A DNA stretch of 64,000 nucleotides from Bacteroidota bacterium (GTDB lineage: Bacteria; Bacteroidota; Bacteroidia; Flavobacteriales; Flavobacteriaceae), in contig JAYTMQ010000055.1 of the NCBI GenBank assembly GCA_043728355.1, forward strand, positions 16,937-80,936. Direction: 5' to 3'. Below the pieces are notes generated by a model. It ran no database searches, had not been told where the DNA came from, and saw only the letters and a list, made by a program, of their open reading frames with translations. Shown here one piece after another: positions 1 through 9,975 of this stretch (its first letter is position 1; each line of letters starts with the position of its first letter). A program made the translations under genes and the position numbers.

Positions 1-1
1 G

Positions 2-517
2 AATTCCGTCTTTATTTAATAAATCAGAAAATTCTTTTACAAGCAAGTCTGGTTCTAAAATATGATGCAAAAGTGCATTGCAAGTTATCAAATCGAATTT
101 TTTATTCTCTTTTAATAATTCTTGATAACCGTTTTTATTTGAGTAAAAATTAAATTTCTGATTATCTAGAAACTTTTTCTTGCATTGATTTATCATACTT
201 TCAGATAAATCATAACAATAAATTTTTGAAATTATGTTTTCTAGATTTTTGTTATTTGAAATTTGCTCCGATGCAAAACCTGTACCGCAACCAAAATCAA
301 GATACACTAAGTCGGTTTTATTTTTAAAATTTTCAAAAAGAAAATCTGATGCTAAACGCCAATATTTTTCACCTTTTTTTATACTTAAATGTTTCTCGTC
401 GTAAGTTGCTGATTCAAAATCATGATATATATTGCTAACAATTGAAATAAATTCCTCAGTTGAAGATTTTAATTTAAATTGTTTTAAATAATTATCGATT
501 TTATTAATTGTACTCAT
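2..517 (-). CDS. Class I SAM-dependent methyltransferase, 3' end truncated by the window edge (not in the ORF track)
   Basis: Manual translation from the ATG at 517 gives MSTINKIDNYLKQF...VYLDFGCGTGFASE...CYDLSESMI...FDLITCNALLHHILEP...LLNKDGI, with motif I (DxGCGTG) and post-II motifs. The frame is open to the window edge. Confidence 0.85.
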   Translation of the reverse strand, partial: MSTINKIDNYLKQFKLKSSTEEFISIVSNIYHDFESATYDEKHLSIKKGEKYWRLASDFLFENFKNKTDLVYLDFGCGTGFASEQISNNKNLENIISKIYCYDLSESMINQCKKKFLDNQKFNFYSNKNGYQELLKENKKFDLITCNALLHHILEPDLLVKEFSDLLNKDGI

Positions 518-661
518 TAATACTATTTAATTTTAATTTTATTTAAAAATATTAAATAAAATGTTTGTGTAATCTATTCTAAAAACAACAAATTATTTTT
601 TTTTAAAAAAATTATATTTAACTAAAAAGTTGTTTCTTTTAATTCATTGTAATTTATAAAA

Positions 662-2059
662 TTAACAAATTGAAATAATCTCTTTTGCTAAATTTATACT
701 ATTTTCTTCTAATGGATAATTAACTATTTTTTGCATCCACAAATTTCTATCTTTTGCTATTTTTTTTGGATTTTCTAATGTTTCAAATATTTTTGAAACA
801 AAATCCTTTTTAGAATTGATCCAACCGACTGCATCGATATTTTTCATGCTTTGAAAATGTTGAAATTCGTAAATATCTTTTACTTTAAACTCAGAATTTT
901 CGATAGGATCATAATTCAAATAAAGACATGGTTTGTCGAAAACTGCAAAATCATGAGCCATTGTGCTGCCTAAGTTTATCACTAAATCAGAATGTTTTAC
1001 TGTGTTTATCAATAAAAAAATGTCATTGTAAGTTGGGTAAATCGACCCAATTTCATCAATTTTCCAATCGGGTGAAATTGAATGTACAAAACTATTATAA
1101 TTTTGTAAAATTGCATCAAATCTATTGGTTTTATCGACAGGACTATTTCTAAATATAATTTGTGGTCTATCTAACTCGTTAATTTTACTAAGTTCTTCGC
1201 ACAAATCTTGAAAATAATTGTGTTCATAAGGCGATGATAAATCATTGGCAGAAAAACAAATTGTTTTTTTATGTATGTCAAGTCCAAATTTTTTAAAGAA
1301 AATTTCTTTTTCAATATAAAATTTCTCCTTAAAATAAAATTCAAATTGTAGTGTACCAACAACTTTTATTTGCTGTAATCTAATTTCAGGATACAACAAT
1401 TTTAATTCCTCTTTCATTAAATCTGACCAAACAAAATAATTATCATATCTAGAAATCAATCTTGCTTTTGGAATATTGTCCCAAGAAAAAATTACGGTTG
1501 CTGTTTTTATTTTTAGATTTTTTGCAACAGCAGCTACTAAAGAACTTGATATAGTTCTTGGATGCAAATTTAGAATTAAATCTGGGTCAAAACTCTTTAA
1601 ATCATTGGTTACAATTTTAATTTGCTTGCTTTTAGAAATTTCTTTTTCATAAATACAATCTGCAATTGACAACAATTTATTGGACTTTGAAAATAAAAAA
1701 CCTAAAATTTCTGCAAGTCGATAAAGTAAAATTTGTTTCCAATTGCTGCTTTTTCTATTCCAAAAAGCCATTATAGAATCGTTTTTTAAAACTTTTTTAT
1801 TCGATAATAATCTTGCATAAGCAATGCTTTCGCGTAAAATTCTTGCTTTTGAATTTTCAATAAATCGAGGAATTTTTTTTATAGATTTTATGTTTTTTTG
1901 AATTTCTAAAACAGCTAATAATGCCTGATTCGAAATATCGTGATAAATCATTACCTCAGCATTATTTTTTAACAATTCATCAATAAAACTAGAATACAAA
2001 TAATTTCTAATTGACAGAGAATCTGGTACAAATAATAAAATTTTTTTGGAATTATTCAT
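662..2059 (-). CDS. GT-B fold glycosyltransferase (UDP-glycosyltransferase/TagF-like); candidate nonulosonic-acid transferase
   Basis: Motifs SWDN.PK, DLVINLGSTMAHDFAVFDKP. Lies downstream of neuBCA. Start taken at MNNSKK. Confidence 0.6.
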   Translation of the reverse strand: MNNSKKILLFVPDSLSIRNYLYSSFIDELLKNNAEVMIYHDISNQALLAVLEIQKNIKSIKKIPRFIENSKARILRESIAYARLLSNKKVLKNDSIMAFWNRKSSNWKQILLYRLAEILGFLFSKSNKLLSIADCIYEKEISKSKQIKIVTNDLKSFDPDLILNLHPRTISSSLVAAVAKNLKIKTATVIFSWDNIPKARLISRYDNYFVWSDLMKEELKLLYPEIRLQQIKVVGTLQFEFYFKEKFYIEKEIFFKKFGLDIHKKTICFSANDLSSPYEHNYFQDLCEELSKINELDRPQIIFRNSPVDKTNRFDAILQNYNSFVHSISPDWKIDEIGSIYPTYNDIFLLINTVKHSDLVINLGSTMAHDFAVFDKPCLYLNYDPIENSEFKVKDIYEFQHFQSMKNIDAVGWINSKKDFVSKIFETLENPKKIAKDRNLWMQKIVNYPLEENSINLAKEIISIC

Positions 2060-2216
2060 TTTTATATACAATTATTTTAAAAAATAATTGAATTATTTGT
2101 CTCTAAATTGTTTTTGATGATTCAATTGCCAAATGTCGTTATATTCTAACGATTTAAGAAATAATTATATTGAATTTTATAATCTAAAACTGATGATGAA
2201 TTTTTAAAATATTTTT

Positions 2217-3068
2217 TTAGTCATAATTAGAATAATTTACGCTACCAATTCTACCATGATCAGAATAAGAACGATGCACTACAAACTCTTTGTCTAAAGG
2301 TTCTTCTGATAAAAAAGTAATGTCACAAAAATAATTTTCTTCGACAGGATTTAATCGCCAAGGCACAACATTTTTATGGTCTAATACCCAATCATTTTTT
2401 TCTAAATCTCTTGTTTTTAGATCGTTCCAAGAAGTTATATAGTCCATCCAGTTGTATCCTAATTGCCAAGATTGGCTTTCAAGTTTATTTAAATCATTTA
2501 TGCAAACAACCCTCAAGCCGCCAACTTTTTCTTGACTCACTGCTTTTGAACCATCATTAAGAACAATTCCTTTAATTGTTGGTTGTCTAAAATAATGTGA
2601 CTCTTTAGAAATTAAATTGTCAACTTCAACAATAATAGTTTCACAAACTTTTTCGGTATTAATATTTGATATTGAAGGATTAATTTTTACATATCGAACT
2701 AAATCATAATACCTTATCCAACGCATATTTTTATACAAGCCTAATCCAGCTTCGTTTGCAGCCGTAGCTGCTAAAGGATAATAATTTCTTGCTAATGCGT
2801 ATAATTTAGCTAAAATTCCCTTTCCTCGACATTCTTCGTCAAGAAAAACATTAATTATCCAAGCTATTCCTCCACCAAAATTGGCTCCAACGTGACCAAC
2901 AATATTTCCTAATTCATTAATACAAATTAATGATCTTCCGAAATTTGCATCGCCATATTGCCAAATCCAAAATTCTTTATTTTGCAGTGGATGGTTATTT
3001 CTATATACTCGAGAAAAGAATTCAAATAATTTATCCCAATCATCAATAGTTGCCTCTCTTGTTATCAT
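2217..3068 (-). CDS. GNAT family N-acyltransferase
   Basis: MITREAT N-terminus; acetyl-CoA motif A VFLDEECRGKGI; ANEAGLGLY. Confidence 0.75.
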   Translation of the reverse strand: MITREATIDDWDKLFEFFSRVYRNNHPLQNKEFWIWQYGDANFGRSLICINELGNIVGHVGANFGGGIAWIINVFLDEECRGKGILAKLYALARNYYPLAATAANEAGLGLYKNMRWIRYYDLVRYVKINPSISNINTEKVCETIIVEVDNLISKESHYFRQPTIKGIVLNDGSKAVSQEKVGGLRVVCINDLNKLESQSWQLGYNWMDYITSWNDLKTRDLEKNDWVLDHKNVVPWRLNPVEENYFCDITFLSEEPLDKEFVVHRSYSDHGRIGSVNYSNYD

Positions 3069-3985
3069 GATTTTTTGTAATTTTTCCCACCTAGTAAATC
3101 ATTACAATCAAAACGATTTAGTAATAATAAATTATTTTCAGATGTATTAATTCCTCTAGTAGTTGTAAAACCAAACTTATATCCTACTTCTTTTGCAGTT
3201 TTTGCTACTTCGATGGTGCAAGATTCAGGAGTTCCATAAGGATAGGCAACCATTTCTATTTTAGTTTTAGTAAGATATTCAAAAAACAGTTTTGAATTTT
3301 GAAGTTCAAATTTCATTTCATTTTCATTTAATAATCCAATCGGAAAATGATTGTGCGTATGACTTCCTAAATATCCTTTTTGTGCTAAATTAATGATTTC
3401 ATTTTCATTCATATACAATTCGCTTAAAACTTCACTTTCATTAAAATATTTTTTAAAAATTGTATTAATTATTTCTTCTTGAATGGTAAAATTAATTTTA
3501 AAATTTAATAAATATTTCAAACATGCACTTTCTTTATCATCATAGATATAATTAGTTTGTGCTTTAGCCACATCTTCTTCAGATAATTGAAAATAATTTT
3601 TCTCTTTTGAAAGTCTAGTTAGAAAATCTGAAGTAGAAATTATAGAACGAAGTAAATGTATTTTATGAACAGTACTTAACTTTTTATCTTGAAAATTTCT
3701 AGAATTAGCAAAAAAAATTGCTGGGATATTCAAATCATCTAAAATTGGAACAGCAAATTTATATTGTTCTTTCAATCCATCATCAAAAGTTATAAAAAAG
3801 AAATTTTCATTGGAATTTAGAATCTCACTGTAATTACTAATTAAATCTTGAGGTTTAATAAAATCTCCATCGTTTTTAAATAATAACAGCTGATTTTTGA
3901 ATTGCGCTGGAATTACTCCAAAAATACTTGGATATTTTGTATTGAAATTTTTTCTGATATAATGATAGTTTACAATTGTAAGCAT
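3065..3985 (-). CDS. Polysaccharide deacetylase (CE4/NodB-like)
   Basis: Motifs YHY, ITFDDG, GSHTHNH, AYPYG, RFD. Confidence 0.85.
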   Translation of the reverse strand: MLTIVNYHYIRKNFNTKYPSIFGVIPAQFKNQLLLFKNDGDFIKPQDLISNYSEILNSNENFFFITFDDGLKEQYKFAVPILDDLNIPAIFFANSRNFQDKKLSTVHKIHLLRSIISTSDFLTRLSKEKNYFQLSEEDVAKAQTNYIYDDKESACLKYLLNFKINFTIQEEIINTIFKKYFNESEVLSELYMNENEIINLAQKGYLGSHTHNHFPIGLLNENEMKFELQNSKLFFEYLTKTKIEMVAYPYGTPESCTIEVAKTAKEVGYKFGFTTTRGINTSENNLLLLNRFDCNDLLGGKNYKKS

Positions 3986-4026
3986 ATTTTTTAAGTAATT
4001 ACATTGATAATGTATTTTTTTTCAAA

Positions 4027-5736
4027 TTATTTATTCATTAACGAAACCATATTAACCCATTGCCATATATAAAAGCTATTGTCTTGTTTGCCCTTTAAAT
4101 ATTCGTTCCAAATTTCGTAAATTTTGGCTTTATTCACAAAATCATTTTTAGCGAAGATTTCAATTTGACTGAAAATATAATCTTTGAGTTCATTAGCAAT
4201 CCACTCTCTTTGTGGAGTTTGTAATGCTCTTTTGGGTGCCAATGCAATGTTAGAACCAAGATGATGTTTTAGTAATTCTCTCAATAAAAATTTGGTTTGT
4301 CCATTTTGCAACTTATTGCTTTCGGGTTGAGCAAATGCCAATTCAACCAATCTATAATCAAGAAATGGTTCTCGCAATTCGGTGCTATATTTCATACTTA
4401 TTCGGTCATTAAAGCGCAAAGCTCTTGGGATTTTTGTATAAAACAAATCTCGATATTGAAGATTTTGCAAATTATTATTAAATGGTTTTGAATATTCTTC
4501 AATTTTTGCTAATGATTTAAAATCAAATTCTAAAATTTCTGGCTTTACAGGACTAGTTGTAATTCCTTGAATTATTGCATTTGAATTATTATGATAATAA
4601 TCGTATCCAGCCCAAGCTTCGTCCATGCCTTGACCATCTAATAAAACTTTGACACCTTTTTTACTAGCTTCTTTAAAAAGTAAACTATAAGCCAAAGTTG
4701 GAAAACCACCAAAAGGTTCGTCTTGAATAGCAGCAATTTCTTCTATTAAATTTGGAATTTGCTCGACATTAAATTTTACTTCATTCAAATTAAAAGAAGT
4801 TTTTTGCATAATCTGCCTTACCCATTGTGTTTCATCATAATTTTCATTTCCACTAAAAAAAGTGAATCCTTCTATTGATTCTGAACTTTTTAAGTATTGT
4901 TGAACTAAAATTATCAATATTGAAGAGTCTAATCCGCCACTAACATTTAAACCGATTGGTACATCTGATCGAAAGCGTAATTTTATAGCATCTTGTAATA
5001 AATTAAAATAGTCTTCTTTTAAATTATTACTGGTTTCATTTTCTGTTTTATGAATGTTTCCAACGAAATCATACCAATTAACTGTTTTAATATCATCGAA
5101 ACCATTTTTTAAATTAATCTCTAAATAATGTGAAGCTGGCAGTTGAAAAATATTTTTCCAAAAAGTTTCATTTGGTAAACCATAAGATGCATGCACCAAA
5201 TAATTTGCCCAAACTTTAGTGTTTCGTTTTTTTTCTATATGTGCAGCCCACAAAGTTTTTATTTCGCTTGCAAAATAAAATTGCCCTTCTTTTATGCTAT
5301 AATAAAATGGTTTTACGCCAAAACGATCTCTTGCTGCAAATAAAACTTGATTTTTTTTGTCCCATATCGCAAAAGAAAACATTCCATTTAATTTGTTTAA
5401 TATTTTTTTGCCCCATTTTTTGAAACCAGCTAGAATTACCTCAGTATCTGAATTTGTTTTAAAATTATATTCTTTTTTAAGTATATTTTTTAATTCTAAA
5501 TAATTATAAATTTCACCATTAAAAACTATTACATATTGGTCACACTCACTATGCATTGGCTGATTGGCCATTTCAGACAAATCAATTATACTAAGTCTAT
5601 TGTGTCCTAAAACTAAATTTTGATTTATCCAAAAATCAGTTGCGTCAGGACCGCGATGTTGTTGTGCTTGCAACATCTTTAAAAGACATTCTTCGTTTTG
5701 ATAATTATTTCCTAGAATTCCAGCAATGCCACACAT
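4027..5736 (-). CDS. asnB: Asparagine synthase (glutamine-hydrolysing) family amidotransferase, polysaccharide-associated
   Basis: N-terminal MCGIAG, HRGPD, GHNRLSIIDL, FNGEIYN, SGGLDSS, ELREPFLD. Confidence 0.9.
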   Translation of the reverse strand: MCGIAGILGNNYQNEECLLKMLQAQQHRGPDATDFWINQNLVLGHNRLSIIDLSEMANQPMHSECDQYVIVFNGEIYNYLELKNILKKEYNFKTNSDTEVILAGFKKWGKKILNKLNGMFSFAIWDKKNQVLFAARDRFGVKPFYYSIKEGQFYFASEIKTLWAAHIEKKRNTKVWANYLVHASYGLPNETFWKNIFQLPASHYLEINLKNGFDDIKTVNWYDFVGNIHKTENETSNNLKEDYFNLLQDAIKLRFRSDVPIGLNVSGGLDSSILIILVQQYLKSSESIEGFTFFSGNENYDETQWVRQIMQKTSFNLNEVKFNVEQIPNLIEEIAAIQDEPFGGFPTLAYSLLFKEASKKGVKVLLDGQGMDEAWAGYDYYHNNSNAIIQGITTSPVKPEILEFDFKSLAKIEEYSKPFNNNLQNLQYRDLFYTKIPRALRFNDRISMKYSTELREPFLDYRLVELAFAQPESNKLQNGQTKFLLRELLKHHLGSNIALAPKRALQTPQREWIANELKDYIFSQIEIFAKNDFVNKAKIYEIWNEYLKGKQDNSFYIWQWVNMVSLMNK

Positions 5737-6437
5737 TATATGTAAGGTAAAATTTTAGTTAATTTTTCTTCGGCTTTATTCCAGTCATTTTGTGTGTCAA
5801 TATTGGCGTAAAAATCAGGATTACTTTCAATATAACTTAGGGTTTCTCCAAAAAAAGAGCCTTTTTTAATGACCTCAACTTTTGATATATATATTGATCC
5901 ATCTCTAAAAAAAGCATTTGGTAAATCTTGTCGTCTTTTTATTATTTCTTTTTCTCCAGTTGCAATTAATAATGTATCATTTTGATTTGATTCAAATGTC
6001 CAATGCGGATTGTATTCTTGAGGTACTTCTAAAACACTTATTAGCGCATCAGTATTTTTTTCTATAAACATTTCTATCGCTTTATCTATAAATCCTAATT
6101 CTCTAAAAGGACTTGTTGGTTGAAGCAAACAAATGGCATCAAAAAAATGACCTTTATTTTCAAAAAAAGATATTGCGTGTTGCACAACTTCAATACTTGA
6201 TGTTGTGTCCAATGCTAAATTTTCTGGTCTAATAAATGGTACTTCAAGACCCAGTGTATTTGCAACTGATATAATTTCTGCATCTTCGCTAGATAAAATA
6301 ATTTTATCTAATAAAACACTTTTCTGAGCACTTTGAAAACTATAATACAACAAAGAATTCTCTCCTAAAAACTTTATGTTTTTTTTGGAAATGCCTTTTG
6401 ATCCACCGCGAGCTGGAATTATACCTAAAATTTTCAT
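5736..6437 (-). CDS. neuA: Acylneuraminate cytidylyltransferase (CMP-nonulosonate synthetase)
   Basis: IIPARGGSKGISKKN, LLQPTSPFR, DGSIY, IDT..D. Confidence 0.92.
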   Translation of the reverse strand: MKILGIIPARGGSKGISKKNIKFLGENSLLYYSFQSAQKSVLLDKIILSSEDAEIISVANTLGLEVPFIRPENLALDTTSSIEVVQHAISFFENKGHFFDAICLLQPTSPFRELGFIDKAIEMFIEKNTDALISVLEVPQEYNPHWTFESNQNDTLLIATGEKEIIKRRQDLPNAFFRDGSIYISKVEVIKKGSFFGETLSYIESNPDFYANIDTQNDWNKAEEKLTKILPYI

Positions 6438-6685
6438 TATTCTTTAATTTATAACCATTAAATAATTGGTTCTGTCACGAATTGTGTGGATTAAATTTTT
6501 AATCACAAATTTATACAAATTATTAGCGGTAAAAAATCAATAACACAAATTCTAATTTACTATAACGCTATTTATACAATTAAAATGGCATGTGTTTTCT
6601 TGGAAAATTAGTGTCTTGACCAAAAAGACGAAATGGCTAATTTATTTCCAATAAACTAATAAATCGAGTTGACTTATGGTTATAC

Positions 6686-7843
6686 TTAATAATTTATTAT
6701 TTTATGGAATTGCAAAGGAACTTCGCTTAATAAATCTGAAACAATCTTGCCCGAATTCCCTTTTCCATAAATACTTTCACTTTTAGGTTTTGATTTAACT
6801 ACTTGCATTTTTATTGCATTTACTATTTCATTAAAATCATAATCAATATCTATTACATTATTGGCTCTTTCTCTTCTGTTTTGTCGTGAACCAATATTTA
6901 CTACAGAAACACCCAAAAAGGAACATTCTCGAATACCAACACTAGAATTTCCTACTAAACATTTACTGTTTTGTAATAATTCTAAAAAGTCTTGACCTTC
7001 CATATTTTTAAAAAAATGCACATTTTTTAAAGTATGATTTTCTCTAAACGCCCTGATTCCAGATGAAGTTCCATCTGCGCCAGCATCAACATTTGGCCAG
7101 AACCACAAGGTTGGCATATTAATTTCTTTTATTGCTTGAAGTGTAAGTTCGATGTGTTTTCTAGAATCATCGTATTCTGTAGTAACTGGATGTTGCATTA
7201 CAACTAAATAACCATTTTTTAAATCTGGTTCAGAACCTACACCACCATATTTTTGATAAGGATTAAATGTTAGCTTTGTGCTGTTTTTAACTTTCAAAGC
7301 CAAGTCAATTGAAGGACAACCTGTGTTGAATACAAAATCTGGATTTTCGCCCAATTTTATTACACGATCTTTGGCATCTTTAGAAGCAACAAAATGATAA
7401 TCTGCGAGTTTAGTAATTGCATGTCGTACTTTTTCGTCAATATTTCCAGTGACTTCTCCGCCTTGAATGTGTGCCAAAGGAATATTCATGTAAGATGCTG
7501 CAATTGCGGTAGCCATAGTCTCAAATCTATCGGCGACTGTAACTACTATATCTGGTTTCAAATTATCAAAAACTGATGAAATTTCTAAAATTCCAATTCC
7601 AGTAGTTTTAGCTGCGGCTGTAAGATTTTCGCCTTCTAACACATTAAATACTTTTGCTGCAATTTTAAAACCATCTTTTTCAATATAATTTACTGCGGAA
7701 CCATATCGATCTAATAAAGCAGAAGAAGCCACAATCAGTTGCAATTCTAAATTGGCATTTTCAAGGATTGCTTGTAAAACTGTTTTAACTCGACTATAAG
7801 ATGGTCTAGCTGTTACTACAACCGCAATTTTTCTTTTATACAT
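6686..7843 (-). CDS. neuC: UDP-GlcNAc 2-epimerase (hydrolysing)
   Basis: DRFE, HIQGGE, IDEKVRHAITKLA, QHPVT, GNSSVGIRE, NIGSRQ; adjacent to neuB. Confidence 0.9.
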   Translation of the reverse strand: MYKRKIAVVVTARPSYSRVKTVLQAILENANLELQLIVASSALLDRYGSAVNYIEKDGFKIAAKVFNVLEGENLTAAAKTTGIGILEISSVFDNLKPDIVVTVADRFETMATAIAASYMNIPLAHIQGGEVTGNIDEKVRHAITKLADYHFVASKDAKDRVIKLGENPDFVFNTGCPSIDLALKVKNSTKLTFNPYQKYGGVGSEPDLKNGYLVVMQHPVTTEYDDSRKHIELTLQAIKEINMPTLWFWPNVDAGADGTSSGIRAFRENHTLKNVHFFKNMEGQDFLELLQNSKCLVGNSSVGIRECSFLGVSVVNIGSRQNRRERANNVIDIDYDFNEIVNAIKMQVVKSKPKSESIYGKGNSGKIVSDLLSEVPLQFHKIINY

Positions 7844-7845
7844 GA

Positions 7846-8853
7846 TTAGTTAATGTCATTTTGATTTAAAAAATCCCATTGATTCATTTTTTTTACTAAC
7901 GATTTTCCAATTACTTGTTGAAAATTTATAGCATCAATTCCAAAACCTTTTGGTTTTTTGGCTTCTAAATCATCGAATGTAATAATATGATTTTTATTCA
8001 AATTTTTATTTATACACAATGATTTTTCAAATATAGCTTTTAAAATTGAAAATGATTGATTATCATTTTTGTCAATTGGATTTTCTAATGATTTACTTAT
8101 GTTATTAACTGATTCTACTAAATAAGAAATTTCTGCAATTGTCAAAGATGAATTTGCATCTGGACCAAACATTTTTCTATCGAAGACTGCATGAAACTCT
8201 AAAATTTCTGCACCTAATGTTACAGCAGCAATATTAGTTGCAACTTTTGCCGAATGATCAGAAAAACCAACAGTTACGCCATAACGTTGTTTGATTTCTT
8301 GAATTACATTCAGTCCATATTCTTCTGGTTTTGTTGGGTATGAAGTTGTGCATTGCAGAATTGAAAAATTCGCATTTTTTTGTTTTAAAAAAGTAACGGT
8401 CGCATCTAATTCTTGAAAACTGCTCATTCCTGAAGAAAGAATAATCGGTTTTTTAGTATTTGCTATTTTTTCTAATAATAAAAAATTAGAAACTTCTCCA
8501 GAGCCGATTTTGTAATAATCTAATCCAATTTCTTCTAGCCAATCGACAGCTTTATTACTAAATGGTGAACAAATAAAATCTAAATTAACATCATCACAAT
8601 GTTTTTTTATTGCTTTCCATTGTTCAAGGCTAAAACTAATTCTTTCCCAATAATTGTATCTTGTATCATCTTCATAAGAAAATTTGATTCTAAAAGGTTC
8701 GTGAATGCTACTTTCGGCTTCGGCAATGTGCATTTGAAATTTTATAGCTTGCACACCAGTCGAAGCTATTGCATCAATATAGGAATGAACCAAACCCAAA
8801 CTTCCGTCGTGGGCTTGACCAATTTCTGCTATTAAATAGGTTTTATTATCCAT
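7846..8853 (-). CDS. neuB: N-acetylneuraminate/nonulosonate synthase with C-terminal SAF/AFP domain
   Basis: IAEIGQAHDG, IKFQ, KIGSGE, LSSGMS, CTTSYP, GFSDHS, KKPKGFGI. Confidence 0.92.
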   Translation of the reverse strand: MDNKTYLIAEIGQAHDGSLGLVHSYIDAIASTGVQAIKFQMHIAEAESSIHEPFRIKFSYEDDTRYNYWERISFSLEQWKAIKKHCDDVNLDFICSPFSNKAVDWLEEIGLDYYKIGSGEVSNFLLLEKIANTKKPIILSSGMSSFQELDATVTFLKQKNANFSILQCTTSYPTKPEEYGLNVIQEIKQRYGVTVGFSDHSAKVATNIAAVTLGAEILEFHAVFDRKMFGPDANSSLTIAEISYLVESVNNISKSLENPIDKNDNQSFSILKAIFEKSLCINKNLNKNHIITFDDLEAKKPKGFGIDAINFQQVIGKSLVKKMNQWDFLNQNDIN

Positions 8854-8878
8854 AAATAATCATCTTGATTTTTTATTA

Positions 8879-9970
8879 TTAATGAAAACAATTTTTAGCA
8901 TTTTCAATTATTGTGTTCATTTCTTGGTTCCAATTTTTAGTTGTAAAAACATTATTTATAAATTCAAATGGCTTTGTGTTATTATCTAAAAAATCTTGAA
9001 TAGAAGTAATCCATTCTGATACAAAATTTGGGTTTTCTATCAAAACGCCCCATTTTCCAGAATTTAAAACCTCTGGAACACCGCCCATTTTTGAAGCGAT
9101 ACAATAACAACCACAATGCAAAGCTTCTGTTAAACTCATAGGAAAACCTTCTTGACACAAAGTTGGAAACAAGTAAACATCGGCTATTTGATAATATTTA
9201 GGTAAATCATTATTAGGGATTTTCCCAAGAAATCGAACGCCTTCTTGAGGCATTCTTGGTTCACAGCCAATAATTAACAAAATTGTATTTGGATTGTTTT
9301 TATGAATTGTTTGCCAAGCTTCTAAAATGATATGTAATCCTTTTTTTGGTCGATCTTGCGAACACCAAATCATAATTTTTTTATCGTTGAAGCCTAAACT
9401 ATTTTTAAATTCTAATTTTTCAGAATTGCTGATTTTAAAAAATTTTTTAGAATCTATACCGTTGTTTAAAATAGAAATTTTAGGTGTTATTACATTACAA
9501 TTTAATTTCATAAAATCATATGATAATTGCGTTAATAAAATTAACTCATCTATTTTCTCATAAAAATTATTTGAATTATTAACATTATCAATTGGCATAA
9601 ATCCATGATAGAAAAATTGAATATAAAACTGATTTCGTAATTTATTTTTTATTAAAAATTGATTTATATGTTTGGCTAAACCTGTATTATCAATAATTTG
9701 GATTATGTATTTTTTGTCTTTTTTAATTATTCTACTAAATGCTGTTTGATAAGCTAAAAAATTATTTTTTGTGATTTTAGATTTAATTTTAGAAAATAAA
9801 TTATTTTCAACAAAAATATATTGTATGTTCGAATAAAATTCTTCAGGTTTTTCACAAATTAAAAAATCAATTTGATGATTTTGAGATAAATAATTATCAT
9901 AAAGAGTTGACCAACTTCCGATTTTGGAGTAGGGTAATGGTATTTGTGAAAATAAAATAATTTCTGGCAT
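8879..9970 (-). CDS. Glycosyltransferase family 4
   Basis: NGID, KKG, FPTLCQEGFPMSLTEAL (ExF...EA motif). Confidence 0.88.
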   Translation of the reverse strand: MPEIILFSQIPLPYSKIGSWSTLYDNYLSQNHQIDFLICEKPEEFYSNIQYIFVENNLFSKIKSKITKNNFLAYQTAFSRIIKKDKKYIIQIIDNTGLAKHINQFLIKNKLRNQFYIQFFYHGFMPIDNVNNSNNFYEKIDELILLTQLSYDFMKLNCNVITPKISILNNGIDSKKFFKISNSEKLEFKNSLGFNDKKIMIWCSQDRPKKGLHIILEAWQTIHKNNPNTILLIIGCEPRMPQEGVRFLGKIPNNDLPKYYQIADVYLFPTLCQEGFPMSLTEALHCGCYCIASKMGGVPEVLNSGKWGVLIENPNFVSEWITSIQDFLDNNTKPFEFINNVFTTKNWNQEMNTIIENAKNCFH

Positions 9971-9975
9971 TAAAT

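Noticed and set aside
4027-5736. Lasso-peptide cyclase or housekeeping asparagine synthesis role for the AsnB-like gene
   Set aside because: It has an intact N-terminal Cys glutaminase domain, no precursor or peptidase genes nearby, and is translationally coupled to neuA.
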